Counted from the stretch's first letter, positions 38,982 to 53,664 are shown. The stretch is DNA of 64,000 nucleotides from Eledone cirrhosa (GCA_964016885.1 OZ024751.1:6572001-6636000), one strand, 5' to 3'. A program made the numbers and translations. The notes: generated by a model not told the origin, from the letters alone.

Positions 38982-40019
38982 CGATTTTGTACGTTATCAA
39001 AAATGTACACATTTATAAAAAAAGTTTCGATACTTCGAAAATAATCACCCATGCTTGTGTCTCATGTATGAGACATCGTCATTGATCATCCTACCATTCA
39101 GCAGGTGATGCCATGACGAGACCTTGGAATAATCTCAGGATATTCTATTGCAAGTCGATACTATCTGCTAATCACAATTCCTGCCAGAAGGAGACGGTGT
39201 TTAAATACAGAACCTGCAGTTTTTTAAAGAAGTAATCAAAATATGTCCAACTATTAAAGGAATGAGTTGACAATATCAAACCTACGGGATTAAAAGTGAT
39301 AATGTAAGTACGTGTTACGAAATTAGCTTTAAGCTTAAGCAAAATATTAAATATGCCGACAACGAGAATGTTGAAATAACACGTGGAGCCTTTATATGTG
39401 TGGCTGATCCGATAAAAACAGTTACACATTCTCCCTCAAATACTCCTTCAGGGCACGTGTTACCAGAGATCGACCTGCCCTAAAAAACATGCTAATCTTG
39501 TTTACAATACTTTTGATCATTTATCCGCTCAATCAGAATTGATCGGGAGTAAACAATTATAACAACGACCTATTGTATATGTGCATTCCATGATAGGAAA
39601 AACATTATCATTCCTTATGCTGCTGTTTTCTTTTTATAAGTAATAGTATATCTAATATACTATGACTATATGCCTATATGTGTGCTTCATTTATTAAACG
39701 GACAGCGTGCGTTTGATGAACAGTTAGCTACTAATCGTGGTAGATTAAACTTCCGTTAGTAATTTATGTATATACCTTTTATTTGGTAAAGGCCCATCTC
39801 TGTTAAATATGTTTAATTTCATATTTTGTTGAGGGTGTACAGCAACGCTATGTTCGGTTGCAGAAATCAAATGATAAATAATGTTTACAGTGGCTCAAAT
39901 AAGAGAGAATTGTGTCATTGTTTCAGAAAGAAAAACTATAGAATTTAAAAGATATTCATAGAAAGAGAGGGCGGGAGAGAGAGAGGAAAAAAAGAGAGAC
40001 ATAGTGGGAACGAGAGAAG

Positions 40020-40052
<33 letters not shown>

Positions 40053-40876
40053 TTGCAGAGAGAAGGAGAACGTAATAGAAGGAGTGAGATGATGTGTAAA
40101 GTACGAAAATATCACGCTACTAACATTGTTGTCTGTAATGTTTTCTTATAATTTTAGCCTAGCATTTTCTGTGGCTAAGACTATACTGCCCCGGCCCAGA
40201 AACATAGCCTATTATGCCATCCCCTTTTCTCTCACTTCTCCCGTGGTCAAATAGATCTCACTTTTTCCTTCCTTTACCTCTAATCCATGGCATTTGTAGT
40301 CCTTTCCTCTACTTTCTTATAGAGACAGATCTGCTCTTCTCCTACCCCTTCCTCCTCTTTTCATTACTTAATTTTGTTTGTATCTTTTTTTTCATATTTC
40401 CATCATTGTATAACTTCTTTTTGTAAAATACATTTCACCTTTCCTTCATTGTATCTGTTTTTCTGCTGCAGCGTTACTATACTTCAACTGGTGTAAAACA
40501 AACAAAAAATTTCCCCTAACGAAACATTTCTGTACTTGTAATCTAATCACGCATTGTCTCAATAAAAATGTTCAATATATAAAGTACTCATTTCAGATGT
40601 TCGCATGATTGTTACATAATATCTAACACCATGCTCATTTATCATAATCTTTTTAAATTTCTTTCATAACCCAAATTTCTGCCTCAACTCTACATACACG
40701 TAAAGACCTCATATATATATATATATATATACACAAACACACAGTATATATAAATATATACACACACACGCACAGTATATATATATATATATGTATATTT
40801 ATTAAAATAACAGATTAAAGTTTAAGCAAAGAATCGCTGGATTTTTGTCTTCAAATTTATTATTATTATTATTAGA

Positions 40877-41057
40877 ATTGGCAGTATCGGTAGAGGGTTG
40901 GACGCCATGCTTTCTAGCTTAGTTACGTCCCTTTACACTCTGAGTTCAAATCCCGCCGAGGTTGACTTTGCCTTTCATCCTTACGGGGTCGATAATATAA
41001 AGTACCAGTAATGTACTGGGTAATTGCTGGCCTTGTGCCTAAAGTAGAAACAATTAT
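40877..41057 (+). mobile_element. OK-like SINE
   Basis: A and B boxes, body, (TTA)n on both sides. Confidence 0.88.
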
Positions 41058-41093
41058 TATTATTATTATTATTATTATTACTGTATATATGTA

Positions 41094-41136
<43 letters not shown>

Positions 41137-41138
<2 letters not shown>

Positions 41139-42107
41139 GATTCCTCGACCGGGTCCTTCATCCATTCGCCTTAGTACGAAATCGGCTGCCAGCAGAAACA
41201 ACAGTGGAGAGAGAAGCAACCCTGTCTGACTCCGGAGACAATGTCAAAGAACTCCGTCACACCGGACTCAGTCTGCACGCAGCAACTGGAGTTTTCATAC
41301 AGGGCCTTGAAAGTGGCGATCAATCTTGCAGGAATCCCGTGCAGTTGCGGGACATGGCATTCGCCGACGACATCGCTTTGATCGCTGAAAACAGTGCTGA
41401 TCTGCAGGCCCTAACAACATCTCTACTAGAGAGTGCGGAAAAGATCGGCCTGAGAATCAACACCAAAAAGACCAAGGTCATGAGAACAACCAGCAACACA
41501 GGTCCAGTGATCAGAGTCAACCAGCAGGACCTCGAGGAAGTCGATCATATCACCTATCTGGGCAGCATCCTGAGAAGCAGAGGCGACGCGGAGCTCGACA
41601 TAAGCTGGTCGTCTTCATGCATTAGCACCAAGATCAACTCCGCCTGTACAAGAACATCGTGCTGCCGACAGTGTTTTATGCGAACGAGACCTGGAAGAGT
41701 ATGGCAAAAATAGAGAGATGGGTGAACGCTTTCCACCAGCGGTGCCTGCGAAATATCCTACATGTGTCCTGGCGCGACCGAGTGCGAAACGAGGGCATCC
41801 TGCGGAGAGCCGAGTCGTGGACACTACAGAGAGTGGTCACGGAGCGTCGGTGCCGTCTGGCTGGCCATATTCTGCGTCTGCCAAATGAACGGCATTCGAA
41901 AACAGCGATGAACTGGACTCCGCGTGGTGGTAAACGGAAGCGGGGTTGCCCAAGGAAAACCTAGAGACGAACGTTGCGGAAGTAGCTGATGGCAGCCAAC
42001 ATCACCTGTCACGGTCTCGAAAAAGTTGCCGCTGATCGTGACCGTTGGCGAGTACTTACTGCTCGATGCGCCGAACAGCGCAGAAGAATCTAAGACTAAG
42101 ACTAAGA
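41137..42107 (+). mobile_element. RTE-clade LINE fragment with inverted 5' segment and (CTAAGA)n tail
   Basis: Minus 41338->41137 encodes GIPARLI...GVRQGC.LSPLLF; plus from 41330 encodes MAFADD, YLGS, YANETW, FHQRCLR, GKRKRG.P; tail CTAAGA x3; (TA)n on both flanks. Confidence 0.9.
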
Positions 42108-42200
42108 TATATATATATAAATGAGAGGTATAGAGATTGTTTTAGCAAGAAGCTAACGGCATTCTATAACATATATGCGACTATAACGTCAAGATATAAC

Positions 42201-42269
<69 letters not shown>

Positions 42270-42830
42270 TATATGTGTACATATATAAATATATATATAA
42301 AGAAATATACCCAGACATAATGAGTCTGTGTTTTTGTCAATAAAACATATGTATGTTCATTAAATGTAAGACATTTGTTTTTGTTTATTTGCAAAAATCA
42401 AATAATTCCCTGTTTCTCCATTAATTTAACTAGCAGAAAAACCACCCCGCGTGTGGTTTTCTGCTAGCATGTGTAGTGTGTATATTGTTATTATACACAA
42501 ATATATATGCATGTAAATATGATACATCAAATAAAATCGTAATTGACAATATACACAGAAATAGAACAAAGCTTATGATACACTGTCTTCTGTAATCAGT
42601 AATTCATGATATATTAAAAAAAAGACGACATTATATATAAACTGCATTAGGAGAAAATTAGCGACGGAAATATATGCGATTATAAGTGTTATAATATAAA
42701 CGGCACTAACCGGAAGTGTTGACATTTGATCATTTTAAAGAAGTAAATTTTAAAGATTAAGCTATAAAATAGATTTAATCGACAGCCACGAAATTTAACA
42801 CATAAATTATGTAACATTCATTCATTATTT

Positions 42831-43010
42831 TTGGCAGTATCGGTAGAGGGTCGGACGCCATGCTTTCCAGCATAGTTACGTCCCTTTACGATCTGAGTTC
42901 AAATCCCGCCGAGGTTGACTTTGCCTTTCATCCTTACCGGGTCGATAAAATAAAGTACCAGTAATGCACTGGTAATTGCTGACCTTGTGCCTAATGTAGA
43001 AACAATTATT
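42831..43010 (+). mobile_element. OK-like SINE
   Basis: A and B boxes and body match the other copies. Confidence 0.88.
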
Positions 43011-43329
43011 TATTGAAAGTAATCCAACTTATTTTACAAACGGGGTAAAAAAATATATTCTGGAATCCCGCAGACCTTCCTTTATTATAGTTAAGATTAT
43101 TACGGGATTTGAAACCGGAGCGAAAATAGTTTTACCATTCACAGTTGCTGCATACTAACTTCTTTCTTTCAATATCAACGTTCATTTCCCTTCTAGTCCC
43201 AATGAATTACTGCAATTAATTTAGACGCTGTATGTTACTTGTAAAATTGTAAATTCATTACCGTATATAAAAATATTAAGATTATCTTACTGTGTCTAAA
43301 ATCTGCCTTAATCTGGAAGGATCGATTCA

Positions 43330-43500
43330 TAGCGACCGAGAATACAAGACTACCCCTTCGACAGGAATCCAATCAGTCGCAGGGTTAAACCCCCAGCTAT
43401 TGCTGGTACACATTTTCACCTGAGCAACGTGAAATGGACACAACACGCAATCCAGCCCAGGAATAGAAGCCACGACATTATGTTCGTATGTCCAACACGC
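43330..43500 (-). mobile_element. Diverged second SINE type (CORE-like)
   Basis: GCAGGG...CCCCAG...GCTGGTAC.CATTT...GAGCAACGTGAAATG...ACACAAC...CAGGAAT.GAA.CCACG resembles reverse-strand CORE-type SINEs; recall only. Confidence 0.45.
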
Positions 43501-44673
43501 CAAGATATCGAATTAACTGTGTATGTTGTGGGGAAAAACACTGAATAATCCTGCGTAAGTAAAAGTGGACTAGTCAAAAAGTCTATAAATAAGAACTGAA
43601 GAGAGCTGTCACCGGAACTGTGTGTACGTAGTCTCGTTGTAGTCTCTCGTTCGTAGTTCGGTACCTTGGATGTTACCTTCGTTCCATACAGATATACAAC
43701 ACAGGTATGTCACACCATTACAACACGTTAGCTCACTGAACTATACATTTTACTTGTCATCTGGAATATATGTACAGTTGCTTACATTGTGGAATATGGG
43801 ATTATATAATTACATTTGAATTGACATCATCTTTAAGTTAAAATTAGTACAGAGTTGATATTCGATGCTATTTTTACAAGAGTGGACTAAATACTCACTA
43901 ACTCTAACTAGAAATTTTCCGACAAATTAGAAACCTCTGCCAATATATCAAATCAGCGTGGTAGCAAGATAATTTGAATAAGGTTCATTAATATATTCCA
44001 TGGAAACTGGTGGTGGTCTCCGTCGGCAATAATTATAATGTGAAGCGCAAGAGATTAAATAGTTCGTATGCCGTAGCAAGAAGAGGTATTCTTTGGTACT
44101 AGAAATTCATGTAGGAGAAATTAATTTCTTTTATAATAATTCTTTAAATTTATTTGGATTTCGTACGCTAACACAAGAAATGTAAATTATTTTAAAATAT
44201 CACAGAAACCGTTTATATATGCAACAAATGGAGATATTCATTTGAAAATGAAAACCTTAAATCATCAGATGATCCAGTATAGTGAAAAGCTAAATTAACT
44301 TGATTAACGAATAATGCAAATGATACGAATGTTCTCAGTTGGAGAATAAATAGGAGTGTTGTGAATTATTATACTATGCTCATTAGGCTATTAATGGTGA
44401 ACGATATCAAATGAGGGATCGTAGCTCAGCTGGCATATTGGCCATACTTTTTATGACACTGTGTAATAATGGATGGATTATCACACGTAAGAATGGCTCC
44501 TGATAAGTGACAATCCTTGCATGATTTAGAATTATTTGAATTCAGAGAATTCATTATCAATATTATATAATTATAACTTGCTGCGATTTTAATATTTTCA
44601 AAAGAGATATTATGGTTTTGCATGACTAGATGACTAACTGTGTTTGAGCATGCGTATATATATATATATATAT

Positions 44674-44853
44674 ATAATTGTTTCTACTTTTGGCACAAGG
44701 CCAGTAATTACTCAGTACATTACTGGTACTTTATTTTATCGACCCCGTAAGGATGAAAGGCAAAGTTAACCTCGGCGGGATTTGAACTCAGACCGTAAAG
44801 GGACGTAACTATGCTAGAAAACATGGCGTCCAACCATCTACCGATACTGCCAA
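44674..44853 (-). mobile_element. OK-like SINE
   Basis: Full reverse-complement match. Confidence 0.88.
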
Positions 44854-47793
44854 ATGTGTGTGTGTGCATATGTATACATATATAATTATATATACATGTG
44901 TGTGTGTATGTGTGTGTGTGGTATGTATGTGTGTGTGTGTGTGTATGTTACTATGGTGATCATGATTTCAATTGAAATATGGTGTCTCATATTATTCGCT
45001 AGGTAAGTAAACGCGGTCTTTTGTCTGTTAAAATGAAATCCGACTCACCTACTATTTGTTGCTATACATTTTACCTGAATTCTGGCAGTATATTTGTTAT
45101 GAAAACATTAATGCCATCGATTTGTATTCTGAAATGTTTACATTTACTTCTCTTACACAATAGTCATTAAATCTTTTTTTTTTCGGCATTTTCTTGTCTT
45201 ATATATTGTTTCTTTATTTTATATGTTTTTGATTTTATTTAAAATGGAATTCGACAAATGAAAGAAAAAACACCCAAAATACAATATGTCGTAGTATTGT
45301 GCATCGTTGGAAGTAATTTATATGTTTTTTTTATTGTTTAAAGTGTTATATTATATACGAAAACAGTGGTATTGATCACCAAGTGTGTGGAAGAGTTTGC
45401 ATGTTACATCAATTGTTTAATCATATAGAAATGTCATATTTACACGGTGGTCAGTATTGGAAGAACAACAGTTTCTATATTAATGAAACATTTTCGTTGT
45501 ATCTGTAATTTTCTTATACTAGAATTTTTTATCATACGCTGACGCGTATATGTGTGTGCGTGTGTGCATATAAATACATGTATATGTATATAAATATATG
45601 TATATCTATATGTATATAAATATAAACGCGCAAACACATACACAGACTTACATTCACACAAACACACACACAAACACTCACATTCACACAAACATACACA
45701 CATGCATTTACACGAACACACGCACACACACACATAGAGATACACACACAAACACTCAAACAGCGTAGTTTTTCACCACCCCTTCCTTCCTTTTACACAC
45801 CCATACATTCAAGCAAGCAGCAGGCGAAAAGAGAGAGGAGTAGTACGAGGTAGTCAAACTACTCCTCTCTCTTTACGTGTTGTGACAGAATCGCAGAAAT
45901 TTATATATAGATAAGTTATATTGATATTATCTTTGCTTTATTATATATTTCTCTGAACATACGCTGTGTGATCTCATCTATATTGGTTAATAGGTCTGGT
46001 AGAAATGAAACTAAAGATAGCACAAAAAAAAAAAAAAAAAACAATGTTTATGCAATTTCATTCTCCGGTCTCAAAAATACCCTGGAAATGTTCACAATGT
46101 AATTTTATACAAATTGATTTTCTATCTTTAGTTTCTTACATCTTACATTAAATCTCTCACTTAAAATAGCTGTAATAGTAGTCGAGTTTTATAGTTGATA
46201 AAACTGAGTACTTAGGTACGGAAAGAATGGAGAGCAGCGCCTATAGGGAATAGTATCTCAATAATACTATGCAAATAGATTATAATTAAGCCAAAGGGCC
46301 ACCGACATTATTTTTTTGTTTTTTTTAGAGAGCAATGCTATACGCCACTCGCATGATATTGGAAATATATGGCCTTGGATTCATCACAGGTGCCCACTAT
46401 GTTCCGTTTCTAACAATGAGGTTCCCAGGTTTCTCAACTATACTGATAGCATTTTATTACTTTTAATTACGATTAATATTATTAGGCATTTATAGAAACA
46501 TATTTTCTTTCCAAAACTCTATAGTGCGTTAGAATTTCACATACACCCCATGATATTTTGAATACTAACCTTCAAATGAAATTTGATTCGGAGAATTTTT
46601 TTTTATGTTTATAAGAACGGTGTATTTTCACATTTTTTAATGTTACATCTTCTGACTCGAATCAGTTGTTGAACTATTGATCTGTAAACACATTTTTTAG
46701 GTGGCCAGTCACGTGTGGAAAGAATACGTTGGAGGCATCACTTATAGCCATAGTTAAGTTATGTTGAACATTTTGTATAACATCAACAGCATTAAAAAGT
46801 GTTTCATTTGTCAATACACGAGGTGGAAAATATTTGAATATTTTTTCCATTAACACGTTGTCGAACACAACCATAGAACAAGATTAAAAGAAAAGAAAAA
46901 AGAACCCAATAAATATATAGTAAAATTACCCGGCTGATCACATCAAAAGTTTAATAGTATTTGATGTCGACATCACATCAATTTTATATCTTTTATTTTT
47001 CATTTGCTGTTCCAACGGTTGATACAACATAGTTCCCCAGAGATGAACCCTCACGAACTGCTATTATAACCATGCAGCTAGACTAAATTAAAATTATACA
47101 CCTAAATATTATCTTAATATAAAATATTACATGGTCACTTATAATACTAGAATGCTTTATGGCCTAGATGGAGATGTTTAAAAATATGTTGTCAACGGCA
47201 ACATATAATATCACATGATTATTTATATGAACGTGTATAAGAGTTTCATGTATTTATACACATGTTAACAAACACGTGTGTTCGTATGTGCTACAGACAG
47301 CAGTTTTTTCGTTACACTGACGGTTATTATCCTGGTCAGCCTTAGTGTTTGTACAGCAGTGTCTAAACAACATTACTGACGTAACTATGAAATATCTACA
47401 GTTTCTATCATCTATCATCACAGTGACGTAAAATATCTGTTTATTATACGTAAAAAATTTTATATTATTTCATAGACGCCTTTACATATACATGTATAAA
47501 CGAATGCATGTAAACGCATACATCCTCAGTAACATGCAAGCATACACATGCACACATACACACGCACGTATATATACATCATCAAGTTGTATGGCGGTGA
47601 GCTGAAACATTCATAGTCTAACTATAAAGGATTGATGTTAGTGGTTTGAAATCTTGCATGCATTAGTTTCAAATCTTCTTATTAATAACTACACTGTTCC
47701 TTTCCAGGAACTATGTTGAAAAATAAACTCCATTTGGTAATTCCATGAGAGTATCTTCGTCAACCTATTAACGTTTCAGCCAACTGTCCAATT

Positions 47794-47973
<180 letters not shown>

Positions 47974-48064
47974 ATTTACATATACATAAATTCATAGATA
48001 TATATGTGGCAACCGGTCACGTTGTGGCTCATTGAAGAATTAATAATTAAATAATCAGAGCAAT

Positions 48065-48234
48065 ATATCATAAATCATGTCCTTAGAATTATTAGATAAG
48101 ATATATACCATTTGCTCTCCCAATTACCATAATTAACCATATAAAAAATCAATTAGACCAGGCTATAAGAATATGCTAATTGGGAGAGAAAATGGTATAT
48201 ATTTTATCTAATAATTCGAAGGACATGATTTATG

Positions 48235-48240
<6 letters not shown>
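48065..48240. repeat. Inverted repeat with about 62-bp arms
   Basis: 48065-48126 is the reverse complement of about 48177-48240; the right end is in (TA)n. Confidence 0.85.
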
Positions 48241-48270
<30 letters not shown>

Positions 48271-48275
<5 letters not shown>

Positions 48276-48350
48276 TGTATATATAGTGTATTTTGCAATA
48301 CACTTTATGCTTAAAGTGTATTGCAAAATACACTATATATATACATTCAT
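48271..48350. repeat. Near-perfect 80-bp palindrome between TA tracts
   Basis: ATGAATGTATATATAGTGTATTTTGCAATACACTTTA TGCT TAAAGTGTATTGCAAAATACACTATATATATACATTCAT. Confidence 0.9.
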
Positions 48351-48377
48351 ATATATATGGCTATTTCAGAGCACCAA

Positions 48378-48416
<39 letters not shown>

Positions 48417-50727
48417 TTGTATATAATACTTAACCCAGAATACCATCCTGCGGGGACCCAAGCTAAGTAGGTCAGTCATCACCCACACCATATTCACACA
48501 ATGTTAACTGCGCCATCATTGTTCAGCTGATTTAGATATTTTGTGCTAATATTTCCAGCGTCAATAAGCCTGTCGTATTTTCCTAATACATTAAGTAGGG
48601 AATATTAGTACTGTAATTCAGCGACGTGCCACGTTATTCAAAGTGTGATCTAGCAATGGCATGGTGTGTATTGTGTGTATTCAATTTGTCCTCTGGGTGG
48701 AGTATATTCATATATTAATTCAGCGAGGCAATACGTCGTTTTTCATGCAGTCTGTATGATATATATTTTTAACTTCTTTCCTTATTGCTATGAGGGAGTT
48801 AACTTCCCGATGGCGAAACTGAAGTCTTCCAATGCTGGTTGTTCCACTGTCTTTGGTTCCAGAGGCCATGGTCGGTGTATTAACTTGGGTCCCACCAGGA
48901 TAATATTTTACCTTAGCTTTAATATATTTTAATAGATCTCTAAGTAGATAAGTTATTAATACATCTTATCCGTCATTGAGATTTAAGGGAGACAGAGAGG
49001 GAAAGACAAAAAAAAACGAAAGAAATAAAGATAGAGGAAAGCAGAGAGTATGCAGAAAAGCAGAGAAGAGACTCATATTAAGATATGTATATTGTTAATG
49101 TAATATTGTAAACATGTCAAGAGATATACAACAAATCAAACTACTAGCCCTAAATGCTATCAGGCGAAATATCGTGTATATGAACAACTAAATGTGAGAT
49201 AATTGGAGGACCTGTTTCGGAATTTTAGGAAACATTGGGCGTTTGTTTACGATATGATGTTTTAATAACTTCAGCCTGTGCCAAACGCGTTTCCCTGATA
49301 TCCATTTCAAACCTTATAATATAAAGACGAATGTTTAACACATCTATTTGAAAATAATATATTCACACAAGTGAATATATAAAAAAAATGAAAGGATAAG
49401 CATTAGGCCGGAATTATGAATATCTTTTAGGATAACCAAATGTTATGAATAATCAAGTATGTAGAAAAATAACATGTTAATTCTGTCGTGTTTTTATTTC
49501 ATTGTGTTGATTAACCTATTAACAGTATGCTTCTCTATATCTTTGGATAATTTAGGTTTGAAGAAATGTCTTTCCTATACATTTCATGTTAGCTATAAGT
49601 GGGCTTTTGCGTGCATGTGCCCATAATATAGTTGTGTGGTAACATTACGGCAAACATTTACTGCTTTTATTACTGATATACATTATAATTTTAGAAAACG
49701 TTTTCATACTTTGCTTTAGATTTCATGTAACTGTTTCATCTTTTATTCTCTTACGAATTTTTATGAAAACTTTATAGCTTTTTCTCGATTATATATGCAG
49801 TAGGTGTTTCGAATTACATCTAGTTATTCAAACGAACTTGTCAAATATTCTCCAAACAATGCATCTAATATTCTTTTGTTTTTGCTATTATTCAAATAGA
49901 ATGTCTGCACAGCTTCATACAATTCCCTAACTACTACTGTGATATAAAAAGGGCATTACAAATAATTGACGATATGCATATTAGGTTTTACGCGGATTAT
50001 ATCATTAAAAAACAAATAAATATTATTTTAATTCAAACGAAGAGTTTATGGTTTTTGATGTGCAGGAGAATTTTAAACAATATTATTGTGATTTTAAATT
50101 ATGCATTTTTGTTTTGTTATTTACAATATTTCAGCATAAATTTAAATGATTTAGAATATTTCACATTAAATAAAAGTTTGAAAAGAGTTGCATAACTTAA
50201 AATTATCCTTCTGGCTTGATTTGGTTATCAACCAACTGACATTTATTTTCTCTTCCACATCTCATTTCTCTCACTGATTTTTCATTTGTTGTTATTAACA
50301 AAGTCCATTAATGATTAGCAATTGATTTATATGACTCCTGTGTATGCTAAAACGTATTTTCTACTAATCAATGAATCAACAAATATTATCCAAATATTTA
50401 AGAAACAGAAAATATCTCTAATATCAATATTTCAAATTATTTTGTATATTTATGCTCTAGAGTCATTGATTATATACAGTGACAGCCAATGTTTTCGTAA
50501 CAGAAGAACATTAAACAAATTGATACTTGAATCCAATGTCGTTTACGCTTAAAGAACATATATATTACATATTTCAACAAGAAAACAATTTCAAAATATT
50601 GAAGAATATTGATTATATTCATGGTTGATATGTAGAGGAAATATAATCTGAAACAGAATTACCGTAACGAGAAATTTCTGAATAGTGACATACACAGAGA
50701 CAGACACAGATGCAGACACACACACGC

Positions 50728-50821
<94 letters not shown>

Positions 50822-50842
50822 ATATATATATATATTTATATA

Positions 50843-50904
<62 letters not shown>

Positions 50905-50975
50905 TTATATATATGTATACATATATATACATATATATATACATATATATATATAAACATACATATAACACATAC

Positions 50976-51036
<61 letters not shown>

Positions 51037-51907
51037 AATATATATACGTATGTCGGTGTTTGTGCCTGGGTGAATAAAACTATGTATGTATGTGCGTGCG
51101 TGTTCCTGATGTTAATGCGAACATGACTCAAAACAAAACAAGACATTACACAAGATATTTAAACAAATTTCCATTAAACAAGTTTTTTTTCCATTACAAT
51201 GTTAATACTAATCACTCATACGAATTAAAGAATGACAATTAAATTCCTCGTTTTCTTTACTACTCCAGGACCTAAAGGAAATTGTATCATCGCAATCGGA
51301 ACTACAAACCATAAACGTGACCACATTCTATATAACCTATAAACTCTAACCTAGAGTTCAGCATTGTTTATATTCAAACATGTAGCGTTCAAAATATGCG
51401 TTTCTGTTGTAGCCTCTCGCTGTTGATTTAAGCTAGAAATTATAACAGTGAACTCCTTGCTAATTATTCTATCCAGGTCCCTGAAATATGGAATGGAACG
51501 TTGCCATTTTCAGATTTCAAAATTTAGGAGGTAAATTGATATAAGTACATATATCAATATTATATGTTCGATTAGTTAACAAGCCCTTGACATATTGAGT
51601 TCACTAATACGTGAAGCACATTCATTGGAATATTGACAAAACTATTCGGAAATGATAGAAATTCAATAATGAGTCAATATATTTGGTTAATTAATCTAAC
51701 ACCTCCTCCTTTTGCTGATGGATAAAGACAATTATATGATAAAAAGACGTTATCTCTTTAATTTCCACCTGTCTACAGATCGTGGGCTAACAACAGAGAA
51801 TCATAAATATTCAAATATTCGTCAACCTCACAACATCAACATACCATTCAGAGTATTATATACACACTAAATGAATGTGCCGGCAATATGATACATTTCC
51901 CAGAGCT

Positions 51908-52070
51908 GGTGCTGAAAAGATCCTGGCTTATACCGAGGACTGCTAGGATGCCCAACCTTCCGCGTTCTCTTTACAGGGCTAACAAAAAGCTGCGTGAATC
52001 TGGGAGGAGAATACGTTGAATAACATTTTAATTAATTAACCGCTCGTCCCGTATTTTCTTTTACTCAAAT
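51908..52070 (+). mobile_element. Mariner-derived deletion relic
   Basis: TIR-like GGTGCTGAAAAG.TCCTGGCTT and the C-terminal peptide SCVNLGGEYVE*, typical of mariner transposase ends. Confidence 0.55.
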
Positions 52071-52086
52071 CGATATATATATATAT

Positions 52087-52268
52087 ACGTTATTCCGGGT
52101 TGAATCGGAGGTAACCACAGTAAGAAAGGTACTCAATACATAGCAGAGTATAAAAGTTTTAATGTAGATGAGATTCTACAGGACTAGAACTGTTTCATTC
52201 ATTAGAGATTCCTGATGATTTCTAATGAATGAAACCGTTCTAGTCCTGTAGAATCTCATCTACATTAA

Positions 52269-52272
<4 letters not shown>
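52087..52272. mobile_element. Tail-out fold-back of family C with HHR-like motif
   Basis: 52155-52206 is the reverse complement of 52221-52272; plus strand TTC-CTGATGA-TTTC TAAT GAAT-GAAA-CCGTTCTAGTC; TA on both sides. Confidence 0.85.
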
Positions 52273-52321
<49 letters not shown>

Positions 52322-52326
52322 CGTCG

Positions 52327-52352
<26 letters not shown>

Positions 52353-52357
<5 letters not shown>

Positions 52358-53590
52358 ATGGAAGTTCAGCATAATCGAAGCTCTGGCTGCAGCTAAACTA
52401 ACGAATGCAATAGGAATGTACAGCTAAGCACTCAATAATGTATTTTACCTTAGACTAATAACTGTTTATACTTTAGGCACAAGTCCAGCTATCACCCAGT
52501 GCATTACTAGTACTTTATTTTATCGACCCCGTAAGTATGAAAGGCAAAGTCAACCTCGGCGGGATTTGAACTCAGATCGTAAAGGGACGTAACTATGCTG
52601 GAAAGCATGGTGTCTGACCTTCTACCGATACTGCCAATCCAAAGTTTAGACAGCTTTGCAAATTGTAGATCGTGACCGGTAAAGCAACGAGAAAACTGAC
52701 TCATGATAATTTGACAAACCTGGACCATCGCGTCGATATTATGCAATATCTCCGCTAGATTTCTGTGAATCCGAATTCAACAAAATCCACTTGTAGCGTA
52801 TGCAAGTTATTGGTTGGTTTTGGAATATCGAACAGAGGTTTCACTTTCTCAACAGGTATCCTTTCTCTGCCGCACCGGGTGTGAATTTTAGCAGTAAGTA
52901 CTGCTGGCGGTCACATGGTTTTCCCAAAGGGAGGTAAGCCCCGGTTTTTGGCGGTCAAAATTAAAATTTTGAACAAAGGAATAAATTGCTTTCCACAAAC
53001 CGACTAAAGTTCTCGACCAGACGTTATTAAACAAGCATAAATAATTAACCAATCAATAGCATTGTCTAATTAAATTAATCAATTAATAATTAAGTCTAGC
53101 AGATAATTATACAAATGGAAGTTCAACATAATCGAAGCTCTGGCTGCAACTAAGCTAACGAATGCAATCGGAATGTGCAGCTAAGCACTCAATAGGCTAT
53201 TTTACCTTAGAGTAATAACATTACGTTTAGACAGCTTTGCAAATTGAAGATTGCGACCGGTAAGCCAACCGCTGGGACCGAAGCAACGAGAAAACCGACT
53301 CAGAATAATTTGACAAACCTGGACCGTCGCGTCGATATTATACAATATCTCCGCCAGGTTTCTGTGAATTCGAATTAAAAAAATCCAATTGCGGCGAATG
53401 CATGTTATTTGTTTTGGAAGATCGAACAGCGGTTTCACTTTCTCAAAAGTTATCCGTTCTCTGGCGCGCCGGGTGTGAATTTTAGCAGTAAGCACTGCTG
53501 GCGGTGACATGGTTTTCGCAAAGGGAGGTAACCCTCGTTTTTGGCGGTCAAAATTAAAATTTTTAACGAAGGAATAAATTCCTTTCCACA
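52353..53590 (-). repeat. Diverged tandem dimer of family P, first copy interrupted by a SINE
   Basis: 52354-52997 (minus the SINE) aligns with 53112-53591; (TA)n at both ends. Confidence 0.85.
52457..52641 (-). mobile_element. OK-like SINE inserted in family P
   Basis: Full reverse-complement match; absent from the second unit. Confidence 0.88.
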
Positions 53591-53591
53591 A

Positions 53592-53664
<73 letters not shown>

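Noticed and set aside
48420-48932. Possible decayed LINE coding fragment on the minus strand
   Set aside because: No motif I could assign with confidence.
51476-51530. AG/GT-bounded candidate exon (also one at about 46329)
   Set aside because: No recognisable peptide or consistent exon chain.
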